DNA from: Trichinella spiralis
Lineage: Eukaryota
DNA: 64,000 bases
Assembly (NCBI RefSeq): GCF_000181795.1
Contig: NW_003526944.1
Coordinates: 3,065,584 to 3,129,583, forward strand
Direction of reading: 5' to 3'
In this document: one piece after another, positions 23,067 to 35,200 of the stretch
Layout: every line of letters begins with the position of its first letter
How positions within the stretch are numbered: the stretch's first letter is position 1
Program-made: the position numbers and the translations under genes
The notes under the pieces: model-generated
What the model was told of the DNA's origin: nothing
Database searches by the model: none
The model's input: the letters and a program-made list of their open reading frames with translations, nothing else

Positions 23067-26000
23067 ATGGAGTCGCTGATTACCGACATCCACACCGGCA
23101 TATCTGGCGGGCCTGATGCATGCAACGGTTCAGCCAGCGATGCGATGATGGCTGAACTTAGACAAACTAGATCTCCGGCATCAGCAATGGGTAGTTTGCA
23201 TGACGCAGGCGATTTTCGTTCACACGCTCCAGCCGGCTACCATACACTGAATGGTCGCATGTCTCCTTCATCGGTGAACGTACTTGGCTCAGTTGCACCT
23301 CTGGGCTTTGGATCAGTTACTTATGCCACGTTGACTCCCTTGCAACCGTTGCCGCCAATATCTACAGTAACTCAAATTGATAAGTTTTCCAATAACGTCG
23401 GCCAAGGCGCGAACGGCGGCGGAGCCGGTGCCGGTGGCGGAGGTGGGTTCACTTTCGTCGCCCAGGCTCCGTTGAGCAGCTTTATAGGCGGATGCACGCC
23501 AGCCTCGAATGCCACTCAGGCTAATTCGTACAATTTGAACGTCAAGTACGACTACGACGTGAAAGGAAGCCAATATCAGATGTCTCCTCTAACGATGCAG
23601 CCGTCGCCCCCGCATGTTCAACAAACGTCCGCCACTGCGTTCAACGGTTACGGAGCCTATCATCAGAGGACGCAAGCTAGATCCCCGAAAAGAGCCGATC
23701 CGGTACCTAAGATGCAGTTCGACGCCACTGCGTTCGACTTTGACGCAACCGGCGCAGGATCACTCATGTCCACACCAAACGGTGCTGCCGGTCAACCTCC
23801 GCCCACTATTCAGCAACAGCAGCAGCAGCAACAACAGCAGCAGCGGCAACAACAGCAGCAGCAACAACAACAACAGCAACAGCAACAACAGCAACAGCAA
23901 CAACAACAACAACAAATGACACTGGGTAGAGGCGGCGGTGGTGGTGGTGCAAACGGTTCAGGAATAGGCCCAGGAGGACATCCGGCTGATCCTTCTACCA
24001 GTAGGCCCGTAAAAGGTAAAACTACGACGGGTTCGGCATCTGCGCACCATCACCATCATCACAATGGAGCCGCGTCGAACGGTAGCGCCAACGATCTGGA
24101 AGAGATCAACACAAAAGAGCTTGCGCAACGCATTTCAGCTGAACTGAAACGTTACAGTATCCCGCAGGCGATATTTGCTCAGCGGGTACTTTGCCGTAGT
24201 CAAGGTACGTTGTCCGATTTGCTGCGAAATCCGAAGCCTTGGAGCAAATTGAAATCTGGACGTGAAACATTTCGACGCATGCTCAAATGGCTTCAGGAAC
24301 CTGAATTTCAACGCATGTCTGCTTTGCGTTTAGCCGGTACGTCTGATATTTTTTTTCTATCTACTATTTTTAAAATCTTTGAAAGGGAATTTTCATTTAT
24401 AATTTGTTATTTTTTATTTGATAATTTTATTAGTGTTTTTATTTGTTCTTCGGGTTCTTGTTGTGGGCAAAATTTACGCTTTGGCCCAGGCGGAAGCGGT
24501 AGTCTACGATTAGCGTTGCCTTGAATGACCGCTAGCTCAGCCCTATTGTCCCGCGGACAGCTGGCCGCCTAATGACAAACAATACACTACTGGTCATGCA
24601 GGGTCATGGCGGCACATGTCCACACGCCATGCCGATCCGCTCGCGTCACGCTAATATCCAATTACCCCGCCTGCAGAGTGCATTTACGGTCACGCGCCAG
24701 GTTCGCTTCTGTAACAAATGGAAAACATGTCTGCGAGAAAGAAGCAGAAAAATAGGGTTTCTTCTTGTTTTTGAATTTGAAAGCGGTTGCCAAATTAAGC
24801 AGTATAACCGCTTGCTGAAGACAGTTTACCATTGACTGACTATCTTCTCTAATGGTTAGCTTCGGCTTTTATTGATTTTCTTCGCTTGCTCTTCCTTTCC
24901 GCGTTTTCCATTTTCACACTTCCACGCAACAGCGACAACTTTGTTTGGTCTGAATATATATACATATATATATATATTATCGCTGCTACACTTTTACGAT
25001 ATTCTTAGATGGTTTATTTAAGGATAGTATTTTTTTTCTTCTTGTTAAGGATGTTGTTGTTGTTGTTGTTGTTGCTGGTGATGTTATTTTTCTGATGAAA
25101 CAGGAAGAAGCAAAGATTGAAGGACGTCTAGAGATATTGGGTACATTCGTCTCCTTGGAGACCAGATCATAAGTGACTGAATGAAAATTTGTATGCGTGT
25201 AACAAATTATTCATCACAGCAGTGATGAAAATTTGTATGTTCATGCGAATGATGTACGTGTAAAAATATATGAATATTTTTTTTGTTCTACATGCGCGGT
25301 CTAATAGAGAAAAGGAAAAGAGTCTAGGAAAGATTAAATTGAGAAAAGCAGACCGGGATAGGGGGAGAATGGGAATCAAAAAATGTGAAGTAAGAGAATG
25401 AAGGAAGAATGAGGAATGGAAAATGTCGAGGCGAATTTTGATGCCAAGCTTGCACTTGCTTTAATTGGCCAAGCGAGGAAGGCTGAAGAAGAGGCGAGGC
25501 AATCTGATCTGGGCTATCGGCAAATTTTGTCCCGTCTTTTGCTAATTGTCGACGACGCTCAAGACTTTCGTCCCATGAAAGCGGCGCGACGAAATTCCAT
25601 TAGCGACCGTCGACTGGCTGCTGTGGAGGACGGAAGCGCGGCGCTGAGAAGTAGTAGCTGTCCTGAAAGCACGTCACCAACAGACACCGTGTGCTTTTGA
25701 CGCCCGGCAAACGCACACGCAAACACCGCTTCTAAGTCCTTCTAAGTGAAGCTTCTTCAACAAGCCACTGCCTACGCCTTTTCCCTGTCTTGTTATTAGC
25801 ATGATTTTTCAGTTCGAAAATTATCGTTCATTTTCTGCATCTGCACACATTATTAACAGGAGAATAATTTCTTTTTTCTTCTTCTTCAATTAAAATTAAA
25901 TTTTTCAACGAACCTATTTGCTGCGGCTATTTTTTTCTCGAATTAACCATCCAATGCAACTATATAATTGTTACTTTGGCTAAATTTTAAATTTTAATCT

Positions 26001-29000
26001 CATCATTTTATTATAACATATTTGACGATCACATTCTACATATTCTATATTCTGACTAATGTCTGAACATTTATTGCACACAATTCTTGCATTGTTCTTT
26101 TTCTTTTCCCTTTGCGGTTATTTCATGCTTCGAATAGCAGCATCATCAGCCGAGTTGAGGTTGTTGTTGTTGTTGTTGTTCAATTAAGGAAGGTTCAAGT
26201 AATTTAAGCAATATTAGCTCAGTTCACAGTTAGATGAGTCAGAGAGAGCCGCAAGCGGTTGATGTGGAAATTAAATGTTCGAAAGTGAACAGTAATGACG
26301 GTTTGTTGTTATCGATTGACAAAAATGTATATTTATTGCGTCGATGTGCTGCTTATTCTTCGGCCATGTATTGCTTTCTGCTGCTGCTGCTGCTGGTGCT
26401 GATGATGATGATTCTGTTGGTTTTTTTGTTCAAAGCAGATATATATATATATAAGCGTTCATTTCCAATGAGCAAGTTAGAAAAATCAACGGCAGAAAGC
26501 TAATAGAAAAGTTGAGCTTTTGCAGATTATTGCAATGTATGATTGTGGTTTATAGTTAGGTTTTTTTTTCCTTTGTTGTTTCTTTTTTTGAATATCATCA
26601 GAGATCAAAATTTTTTGAAATTATTGAAAATACAAATTGCTTGTTGTTGTTATTGTACATTATGTACGTATTCCCTTAGGCAATGTATATTATGTATACC
26701 TATGCATAGGGTGAAATATTTATTTAATGAAATACCAGTATGAATGAGATTGCTTTTCTCCTCTTTCCAAGTTGTACAAGCAGTATAGGCTTTGAAATTT
26801 TTCATGTCATTGTAAAATGATTTTAATTTAATTTAATTTAGTTTGTTTTTTAGCCATTTCTAACAATTCTTTCTTTGTTAGCATTTATTTCTTTTATAAA
26901 CTGTGTGAACATGCAGCTATATTTGTTTATTGTTCGACTGATCCATTAGTCAGCACGTCCAGAATAGGGTACAACGCATGAGTATGCATAAATTATTATA
27001 CAGTAATTATTGTTTCTTTCTTGGTCTAGTATTTTTTTGTTCAGTGGTTTTGACGCAGGAAGTTTGTTAAATTCGATTTTTGACACGCCTTCTGCTGTTT
27101 CGGCAAACTGTGCGTGTGTTGAACAGCTGTATTGACAATTTTTTCCCCTTCTGTCTGTCCATTTTGCTTTTCGGAACGGTCTTTCAGGGTTGTTCATGTT
27201 GATTGGCCCATCGGGTTCGAAGCATTTTCTACACTGACCACTAATGACTGGGGCAGCTTTAAATTATACGGCTTTGGGTAATTTACGACAGTAGCAAACA
27301 AATGCGGTCATTTGTGGAAATTGGGCATGAATTTTTTATAAACATTTCAGCATGACCATTGGCAAATGCGGTTGTGTTGGCTGGGCGATCGTTGAGTATC
27401 TATTCAACTTTTACACAATGCTTGAACAGGTCGTAAGGACATAGTCCCTATTTGACCGAATTATTCACATCTGTCTTTCAATGTTGTATCCGCTAAGCTG
27501 TATATGTCTCTCTCTCTATCTCAAAGTAGTATACATTCATGCAGTGGACAGTGTTTTAATCGGACGTGGAAACAAACAAATAAATAAATAAAATGAGACT
27601 TTATGTTTAAATGTATACGTTTTCCAAATGTCGAAATTTCCAATTATGCAGTCAATGTTGTTCAGCTTCAGGCTGTGCTTGAGGTTCTTGTTTTCAAAGC
27701 GATGCGTAGTGTTGGGTTTTTATTTTCTTTGTAATTGAATCACCTGCTTCTGCCTCCCAGCCGGCCATCTTGTAGTTGCATTAGTTTGGCCGTCGACCGA
27801 TCGACATTTAATATTCCATCTACAAATATCTCAGCTTGTCACTTTACGTTTACCATTGTTGGCGTCAGCATTTGCCAACATCAGTCTGCGTTCACGTTCT
27901 CTTTTCCGGATCGAATTGATCCTCACGTTGACTAATTCTCTATAATATAATCGTATTAATATAATACTTTACAAGAGGTGGAGAACTTTTTTTTTCTTTC
28001 TATTTTTATGTAGTTTAATTTTTTGTTTCTCATATTTTGCTTCCTGTTCATCAACTTTCATCCAACACCCCAGCAGTGATGGTTGGCAATTTTCCCCTTC
28101 CCACCCCCCCTCTCCTATATTTCGTCTTGTTTTTATCTATTTGTCTTTCTTCCATTCATGTTCACACAGGGAACGATCGATCAGAATTGCTTTTACTACC
28201 TGTTATGCGAAACTGAACGCAAACTGACGCTTTCTCTCTTCAACTTTCTCTTCACACACATTATCACTTAGCCTCATTTAAATTTCTATTTTATGGATGA
28301 GATGGTCTATTTTTTAATGATTTAGTTTTATATGAAAACTGAAACTACTCTCAAAGCTGAATCTGAATTTTTTGACACATTTTCATTTATTTATTCATTC
28401 ATTCATTCATTCAATATCCAAGTTCTTCTTTCTGTATTTTTTTTGATATTTTTGAAAGGAAATAATTAATCTAATACTATTTCTAATGGAAACAATTTCG
28501 TTATTTTATTATCATTATTTTGAGTTTAAGAATTAATTCTACAGTTGATTGTTCATCAGTGGATCAATATTCCAAATCTAAATTTCTGACAGTATGAACA
28601 AGAGTAACAATGGTGCGTCATTTGTTTGTCCTTTGAAATTGTTATCCAACATTGAATGCACGTGCCGTTTATTAGATGCGAAGCAACCCGCGAACTATAG
28701 AATGGTTTTAATTTAAAATCCACTTTCCACTTATCAGTTGTTCTGACGACGATTCATGCGTTTAATTTTGAAAACGTTCATTATTTCTGCGTCGTTTTTT
28801 TATTTTGCAGTACAATTTTGAAACTTGAAAATGTGAAAAAAAACGATGGATTAAGTTGAATTAAAAAGATAATTTTATTATTTGAATTCATTAAACTAAA
28901 TTAGTTATGAAAGGTTTTTTAAGAAAGCAATTATGGAAACTAATTTGCATGTACTATGAGCATTTGATTTTCATTAATAGCTGCATAGGAAAACTGGTAA

Positions 29001-30796
29001 CTGAGGGAGGGGATGAAGGTAGGTTTTTTTTCCTTTTGATCAAAAATGAATTTTAGAAACGAAATTCAAAATTTTCTGCTGTTTCATCGGTCAGATTTCA
29101 GTTGCTGATTTCAAGTGAAACAAACGCACATTTTTTGTTTCCTGAAATTGTTATTATTATATACTGTTTCAAAGTAGAATGTTGGAAAGTTAAAATTTTT
29201 TGAAAATAAGTGAACTCAGTCAACTAAGCAACTCTGGCCGTCTGACTTGCAAACTCGTGATTGTTTCCAAAATATTCTTCCATTGGGATTAAGCTCCCCT
29301 CTGGCAGTGGCTTCTGATAACAAATACCTCTTTCGTAAAGCAAGCGGGTGTTGTCGACGCGGCTGTGGCGCTCGCATTCCACTCGCTGAGTTGAGGTGAC
29401 ACACACACACACTGTGTGGTGGGATGCGTGCCGTGGCTTTAAGCCTTGCTTGCTTGCATTTTGATTATCATCCCGTGTAGCATAAGCGTGTGAATTTGAA
29501 TGTTTGCAAATGTAAAACGAAAGAAAAAATTACTTTTTTAATATTAAATGAGCAAATTTCAAATTCAGTTGGAGGAAAATATTTTCCAACTTTCCAATTG
29601 TATGCCCATACTAATGATTGTTACGATTGTGGGTAAAAAGTGATATTCTCATAAGCAGATGTTTGGAGAGCATCGAGGTGCAAACTTTCGGATTTGTTGT
29701 TTGCTGATGCAGAATGCATTTTTGACTGCATAGTTTATTTCCGCGCAGCTAATCTCAAGTCCGACAGCCGTCGGAGCTAACCAATTGAACAGTTAATCAG
29801 CAGAGAGTGTTCCGTCGGGTGGAAGATCACGCTTCACGCTCGAAAGACACAGCTTTGACTGCTAAATAAAATGTGCCATGACTTGTTGTGGCTTTGAAAC
29901 AAGCACAGAAATAACAACGGCGGGCGTACGGCTTGTTTTTGTTTGGATCAAAGCTAACCTATGCTTTCTTTCGTCACTCGGGCAGGGGCATGTTTTCTAT
30001 GTGAAATTTTGCTCTCCAACAACATAAGCATACACTTCAGAAAATGCGCTGGAAACTTTTTCGCATTACATTTGCATCTTTTTAATACATGCTCATCAAT
30101 AAATTTCATTCTACGGCATACGGTGGCATTTGAATTTCCCATTTTTGTTTCAAACTATTTAGCCGGCTATTCAACTGTATGCATTTGAATAATTTTTCAA
30201 TTTTAATATTTTTTTTCCTATTTTTAAGCTTGCAAACGAAAAGAAGAGCAACAACAGCAAGGCATTCATACTCCGGGTCCAAAGAAACCTCGTCTAGTGT
30301 TTACAGACATACAGCGGAGAACTTTACAGGTAAATAATGCTATTGTTGTTATCAAGCACGTTATTTGATAATTGATGTAAAGTGTTCGACTGTAACGTTA
30401 TGGAAAATTTGCGAGCATTCTCAAAGTGCTTTGATAAATATTATATTCTGTGTTTTTTCAAAATAAATGAGAAAACATTATTGCTGTAGGCAATATTTAA
30501 AGAAACAAAACGGCCAAGCAAAGAGATGCAAGTGACCATTGCCCAACAATTAGGATTGGATGTTTCTACGGTGGCTAATTTTTTCATGAACGCAAGGCGT
30601 AGAGGTGCCGATAGGTGGAAAGACAATGATTCAAACGGATCTCGAGTAAGTGAACTCAGTACAGTAATAAGCAAGGTGAAAAAATTGATGAGCAGTGATG
30701 AAATTAGATTATTTTTTATAATCCATTAATCGACCTGTTCTAATGACGATGAATGAAATTGGATGAACGATTTATTTCATCTTCTTTCAGGCATGA
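23067..30796 (+). CDS. onecut: ONECUT-class CUT + homeodomain transcription factor; coding exons 23067-24336, 30229-30329, 30490-30645, 30791-30796
   Basis: CUT domain EEINTKELAQRISAELKRYSIPQAIFAQRVLCRSQGTLSDLLRNPKPWSKLKSGRETFRRM, junction RLA|ACKRKE, and homeodomain KKPRLVFTDIQRRTLQ|AIFKETKRPSKEMQ...NFFMNARRR with diagnostic F48/M50. All splice phases match. Confidence 0.97.
23811..23915 (+). repeat. CAG/CAA trinucleotide tract encoding a 35-codon polyQ with one Arg interruption in ONECUT
   Basis: Read directly; followed by poly-Gly and a His6 run. Confidence 0.95.
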
Positions 30797-32298
30797 TCCC
30801 ACCTGGACCGACTATTACGTTCTCCTTTCTTCAATCATTCCTAGTCCGGCTGACAAATTGCCGCTGACCAGTCAGTGGTGGTCTGCTATTTTAATACTTT
30901 TATTTTCTACTGTCTGGCTATTTTCTGTTTCAATGTACATTTTTTTTCTACTTAATTTGCACAACAAAACACATTCGTGGTGCTCGATTTTGATTTCCAT
31001 TCCTGCTGTTCAACACTTAAAAATTCAAGGCTACTGGCTGGCCGATATTTTAATTTTCTTTTCTCTTCATTTTATTCTGCATAATTGTTCTAGCACCATA
31101 GTAATTAATATTTTTTTTTCTTTTACATATTGGGCTTTTGGTGTTGTTGGTTCGTATTGCATTTGTAAGTGGTGGTTGGAGACAGTTTAATTAGATAAAG
31201 ATACTGTAGATATGAATTTGCATATTTCATAGACCACAAAACATGTATGTGTATTTGAGAAAAAAAAACAGTTTTACTATGTCATATACTCTCCCTCTCC
31301 AATGGTACTTCACTGCAATTGTTATGGAATTTTGTTAATTTCTCTGTTGTTGTTATTGTTGTTGATTATTATATTATTAATTGATGTTGTTGCTTAAGCC
31401 GTCGTGCTCGTTTGGGTGTTGTTTCAAGTGCTGTTGTTTCTAGTCCATTTGTCTTGACTTGACTGTTTTGAGGAAGCGGTATAAATTTGTGAATTTTATC
31501 CGTTTTCAACGATCATTCTCATTCTGAAAGCTGAACTTCAACAACGATACTGGTGACATTCTCTTCTCATTTTATTTTATTCATGTGTTTTTTTTTCAAA
31601 TTATTCTTTCTAACCAAAAAAAGCAAATGTAATAATCGAACGATGAGCTTTACTCTGATCATGTGATATCAAAAATTTTCGCTTATACTCACGCCCTCAG
31701 TCCGGTTGCAGAGAAAGCTGTTTTTTGAAACATTAACCAAATTTGGTGTTTTTTCTTAACCATGTGGTCGAATCTCTCATTTTTATTTCTTTTAATTATT
31801 ATTTTATGAAGTTCAGGCTTTTCGGCTGGTTCCTCAGCTAAGCTGATTTTATTGTTTCTGAGATGTGTAAATTTTTTCATTTACATTCACTTCTATGCAT
31901 TGATGTTGTTTGTGGAAAACTTTCGTCGAAAAAGTAAAAAAGTCATTTCTGCAAGCTTTATTGGAAAATTATCTAATATTGTTCCAACAACGTTTCCAGC
32001 ACATTGTATCCGCATCAATTTGGTGCACTTGAATGAAAGTAGTAACAGCATTTTTTTCACTTGTATGCACAGTTTGCTTGTTTTACGTACGTAACGGCAC
32101 AATCAACGTTATATAGCGAAGAATAAAATTCTAAAACGGAACATTGTCACAATGTCTTTGCTATGTTATGCATAAAAGTATTTAAAAAACAATAAATTAT
32201 TTAAAAAAAATGTGCATATAAAATGTGTATAAGTGATTAAAAAATGATAATAATAATAATAATAGGAAGAAGGATGTAAATAGATCTGTTTGCGTTTT

Positions 32299-35200
32299 CT
32301 AGGTGAATGACGAATTTTGTGAATCGCTGATTGAACAAATTTCTTCTTGTTCATTTGATGATGACGGTGAGTAAGAAGCGTTGACAAAAGCACATTTCTA
32401 AAAAGAAAAGATCATTAATAACTTGCTCGAATGATTTATTTCGCTTCATTTATTAATAGCATATGTTTACTTCTGTCGAACTTTCACAAGGCTGCATTGC
32501 GGCTAGGTGAATTTTTTCTTCTGTGTTTTCTGGTTCTTTTTCGAGAAACTGAACTTCAGCCAGTGCTGGATTGAAAGGATGCATTGAAAATTTTACTCCA
32601 TTTCCGTATCTGTAATCCAATTGATTTATTTATTATTGTGCAAATAATCCATTGTTAAAACATTTAACATTCATTAATGTTCACTTCAGAGCACAAATAT
32701 TCAAACTTACGTGCTCGACTGTGAATGATTTTTGGTGAATTTTATCAAAGAGCAGACAATAGCTATTGCAACACTGACTCCTGTGAATATTAATGTAATC
32801 AATGGCCATTTGGATGGAACTATGGGGCTAATTTCACAGTATAAACCTGCATGATTTTTTGGACAGCTAAATGAAATATTTTAGTTTGAATATTTACATA
32901 AATTACAAGAAATGTTGTACTCGCAAACAATATCAGTATGGTGATTTTCAGCGTCGTATAACATATGACATTTTCCACCATTTTTGCAAGCAGTGCCTTT
33001 CTCGCAGTTCTCTTGAAAGGTACTCGTACACCACTTCAGAGTACGATGCTAAAATCACAATTCTGCATTTCACATTTCATATGTCATTTATGATTATCAC
33101 TGATTTGAAATACAAGCATAAGTGGCGTAAGTATAAGATAAATGCTTGTGTATTTTAAGTGTTTGTATGATACTGCTCAGTGCAAAATAATTCGCTTTTT
33201 TAATAATTTTTAAATGCCTTTAATTTAAAAATTCTTCAGAATTTTCAGTTTGCAAAACTGATGATTGAAATTAATTGATCATCATGAAATTAATGGAAGA
33301 AACACTGACCGCTTCATGTGAATTATTTACACACATAAATATGTAAATATTTTCCTATATGAAAATGCAAATTTTCCTATTTCAGCAATCCGTTCGCAAA
33401 TGTTTGATCTTTTACCATTTTTAAACAAATATATAATGAGTGCAATCAAATTACAGAATCAGTCATACTTTTGGTAGAGAAGCTCAAAGTGGTGCGTAAC
33501 AAGGTAACTGTTTAAATTATTACTAAAATTTTTCTTAGAATATGCATCAGTAAAATTTTTAACATATATTACATTATATTATATTATAGTATATTATATT
33601 ATGTCATGAGTTAAATTTTGAGCAAACTGTTCTATTCGAGAGCTTATTTATTTTATACGTGTCTTGATGATTTAAAAGCTAAGAACTTCATTAAAAACTC
33701 TGTTTGAGCTCTGTTGAAATTTCATGAATAAATATTCCACTGAAAATTTTACAAACTTTACCAAACGAGTAGAATTAGGGCTGATGTGACATTGTTTTTT
33801 ATCGTTGTACATGGTGTAACCTGACGGACACAGACATGTGTGTTTAAGTGGACCTTTTGGACTATCTCTTGGAGAAATAGTGCACAAATGACTGCAGTCA
33901 TTTTCAGCGCAGGGATTTTCTAGAGCTAAAATATGGAAGAGTTAACTAATGTTGTATTTTATTACTTACTGAGTTTGAACTTTGGTTTTGATAAACTGGA
34001 TGATTGATTGCTATTCCGTACGGATCGAATTCAACACTTTGCACTGAGCCCTCTTCACTGCCATTGAATATGCTCACCCAAAGCAATGATTTTGCAGTCC
34101 AGTCGGACCAAAAGACACGGCCATCAAACACGACCATATCGAATGGATGGTGAACACCTTTACTAGCTACCACTTCTCTGAGACGGAAGAAGATTCAAAA
34201 AGATCCAAGCAGATTTCTCAGTTTATAAATTATTCTTACCGTTCACTTCCGTCTAATCGGCTGCGTTCTATTAATTTATATTTAGCGTCCATCCAGTAAA
34301 CCATATCACGTACATAATCTACTGCAACGGAATTTGGCCAACTTAATTTTTTATGATGAAGCACTTGCCAAGACTGGCCATCCATTGCAACCCGAATAAT
34401 GCTAGCATTTGCGCCCCAATCGCATAGAAACAAATAGCTGAAAATATTGGCCATTTAGCAATGAGTTTCAAGCTGAGAGGCTGAGCATCATTACCCATAT
34501 TTTGGATGTGTTGCCAAACCTCTGGGTCGACGTAAACTCAGCTTATCAAACACTGTACAATATCGACCGTCTTCATTACACACTCCTATCCGCGATAACA
34601 TTTCATCTGCAAAATAAATGTTACTAGTTACCCAATCAACAGCAACGTTGACAAAGCTGAGAAATTCTCCAAATAAGCATTTTTCTTCATTATTGGCTAA
34701 ACTGTACACTGAAGTTTTACGGCTAAATAAAATTTGTTTTTTCTTGTAATTGTAATCCAAAGCCATTATACGGCCATTATCTTTTTCCTTGCTACATTCT
34801 TCATCAAACAAGATGGTATAGTCTGCACCAATATATTCCTTGCTATTTATAGAAATGCTTCGAATCTGATGACCAATAGAAAATACTAAATGACCAAGGT
34901 GTTTATGTTTGAGTTTACAAGTGCGAAGGTTATATTCCAGGTCATATCCTTCTGAGCAGCTACAGCTGAAGTTTGTTGCATTTGAATGACAAAAATGATC
35001 ACATTCGTCCGTATGCAATTCACAGTAGTCAACCTTTGGACAATGATCTTCACTGCTGAATAGCGAAGCCTGTCGCCACGTATTACCACACTGACACTCC
35101 ACTCCAAAAGCGCCCTCTCTAGAGACACCATCATATTTGAACACAATAAGAATGTTAGGCTATTAGCCATGGTGGTTTTCATAATTTTTTGTTATTAAAC

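Noticed and set aside
24337..24524. C-terminal 62 aa of the 507-aa ONECUT ORF
   Set aside because: Intron read-through; the conserved RLA|ACKRKE junction shows splicing at 24336.
11741..28182. Scattered ATCGAT (CUT/ONECUT core) sites suggesting autoregulation
   Set aside because: At this base composition roughly 20 copies are expected by chance in 64 kb; no evident enrichment.
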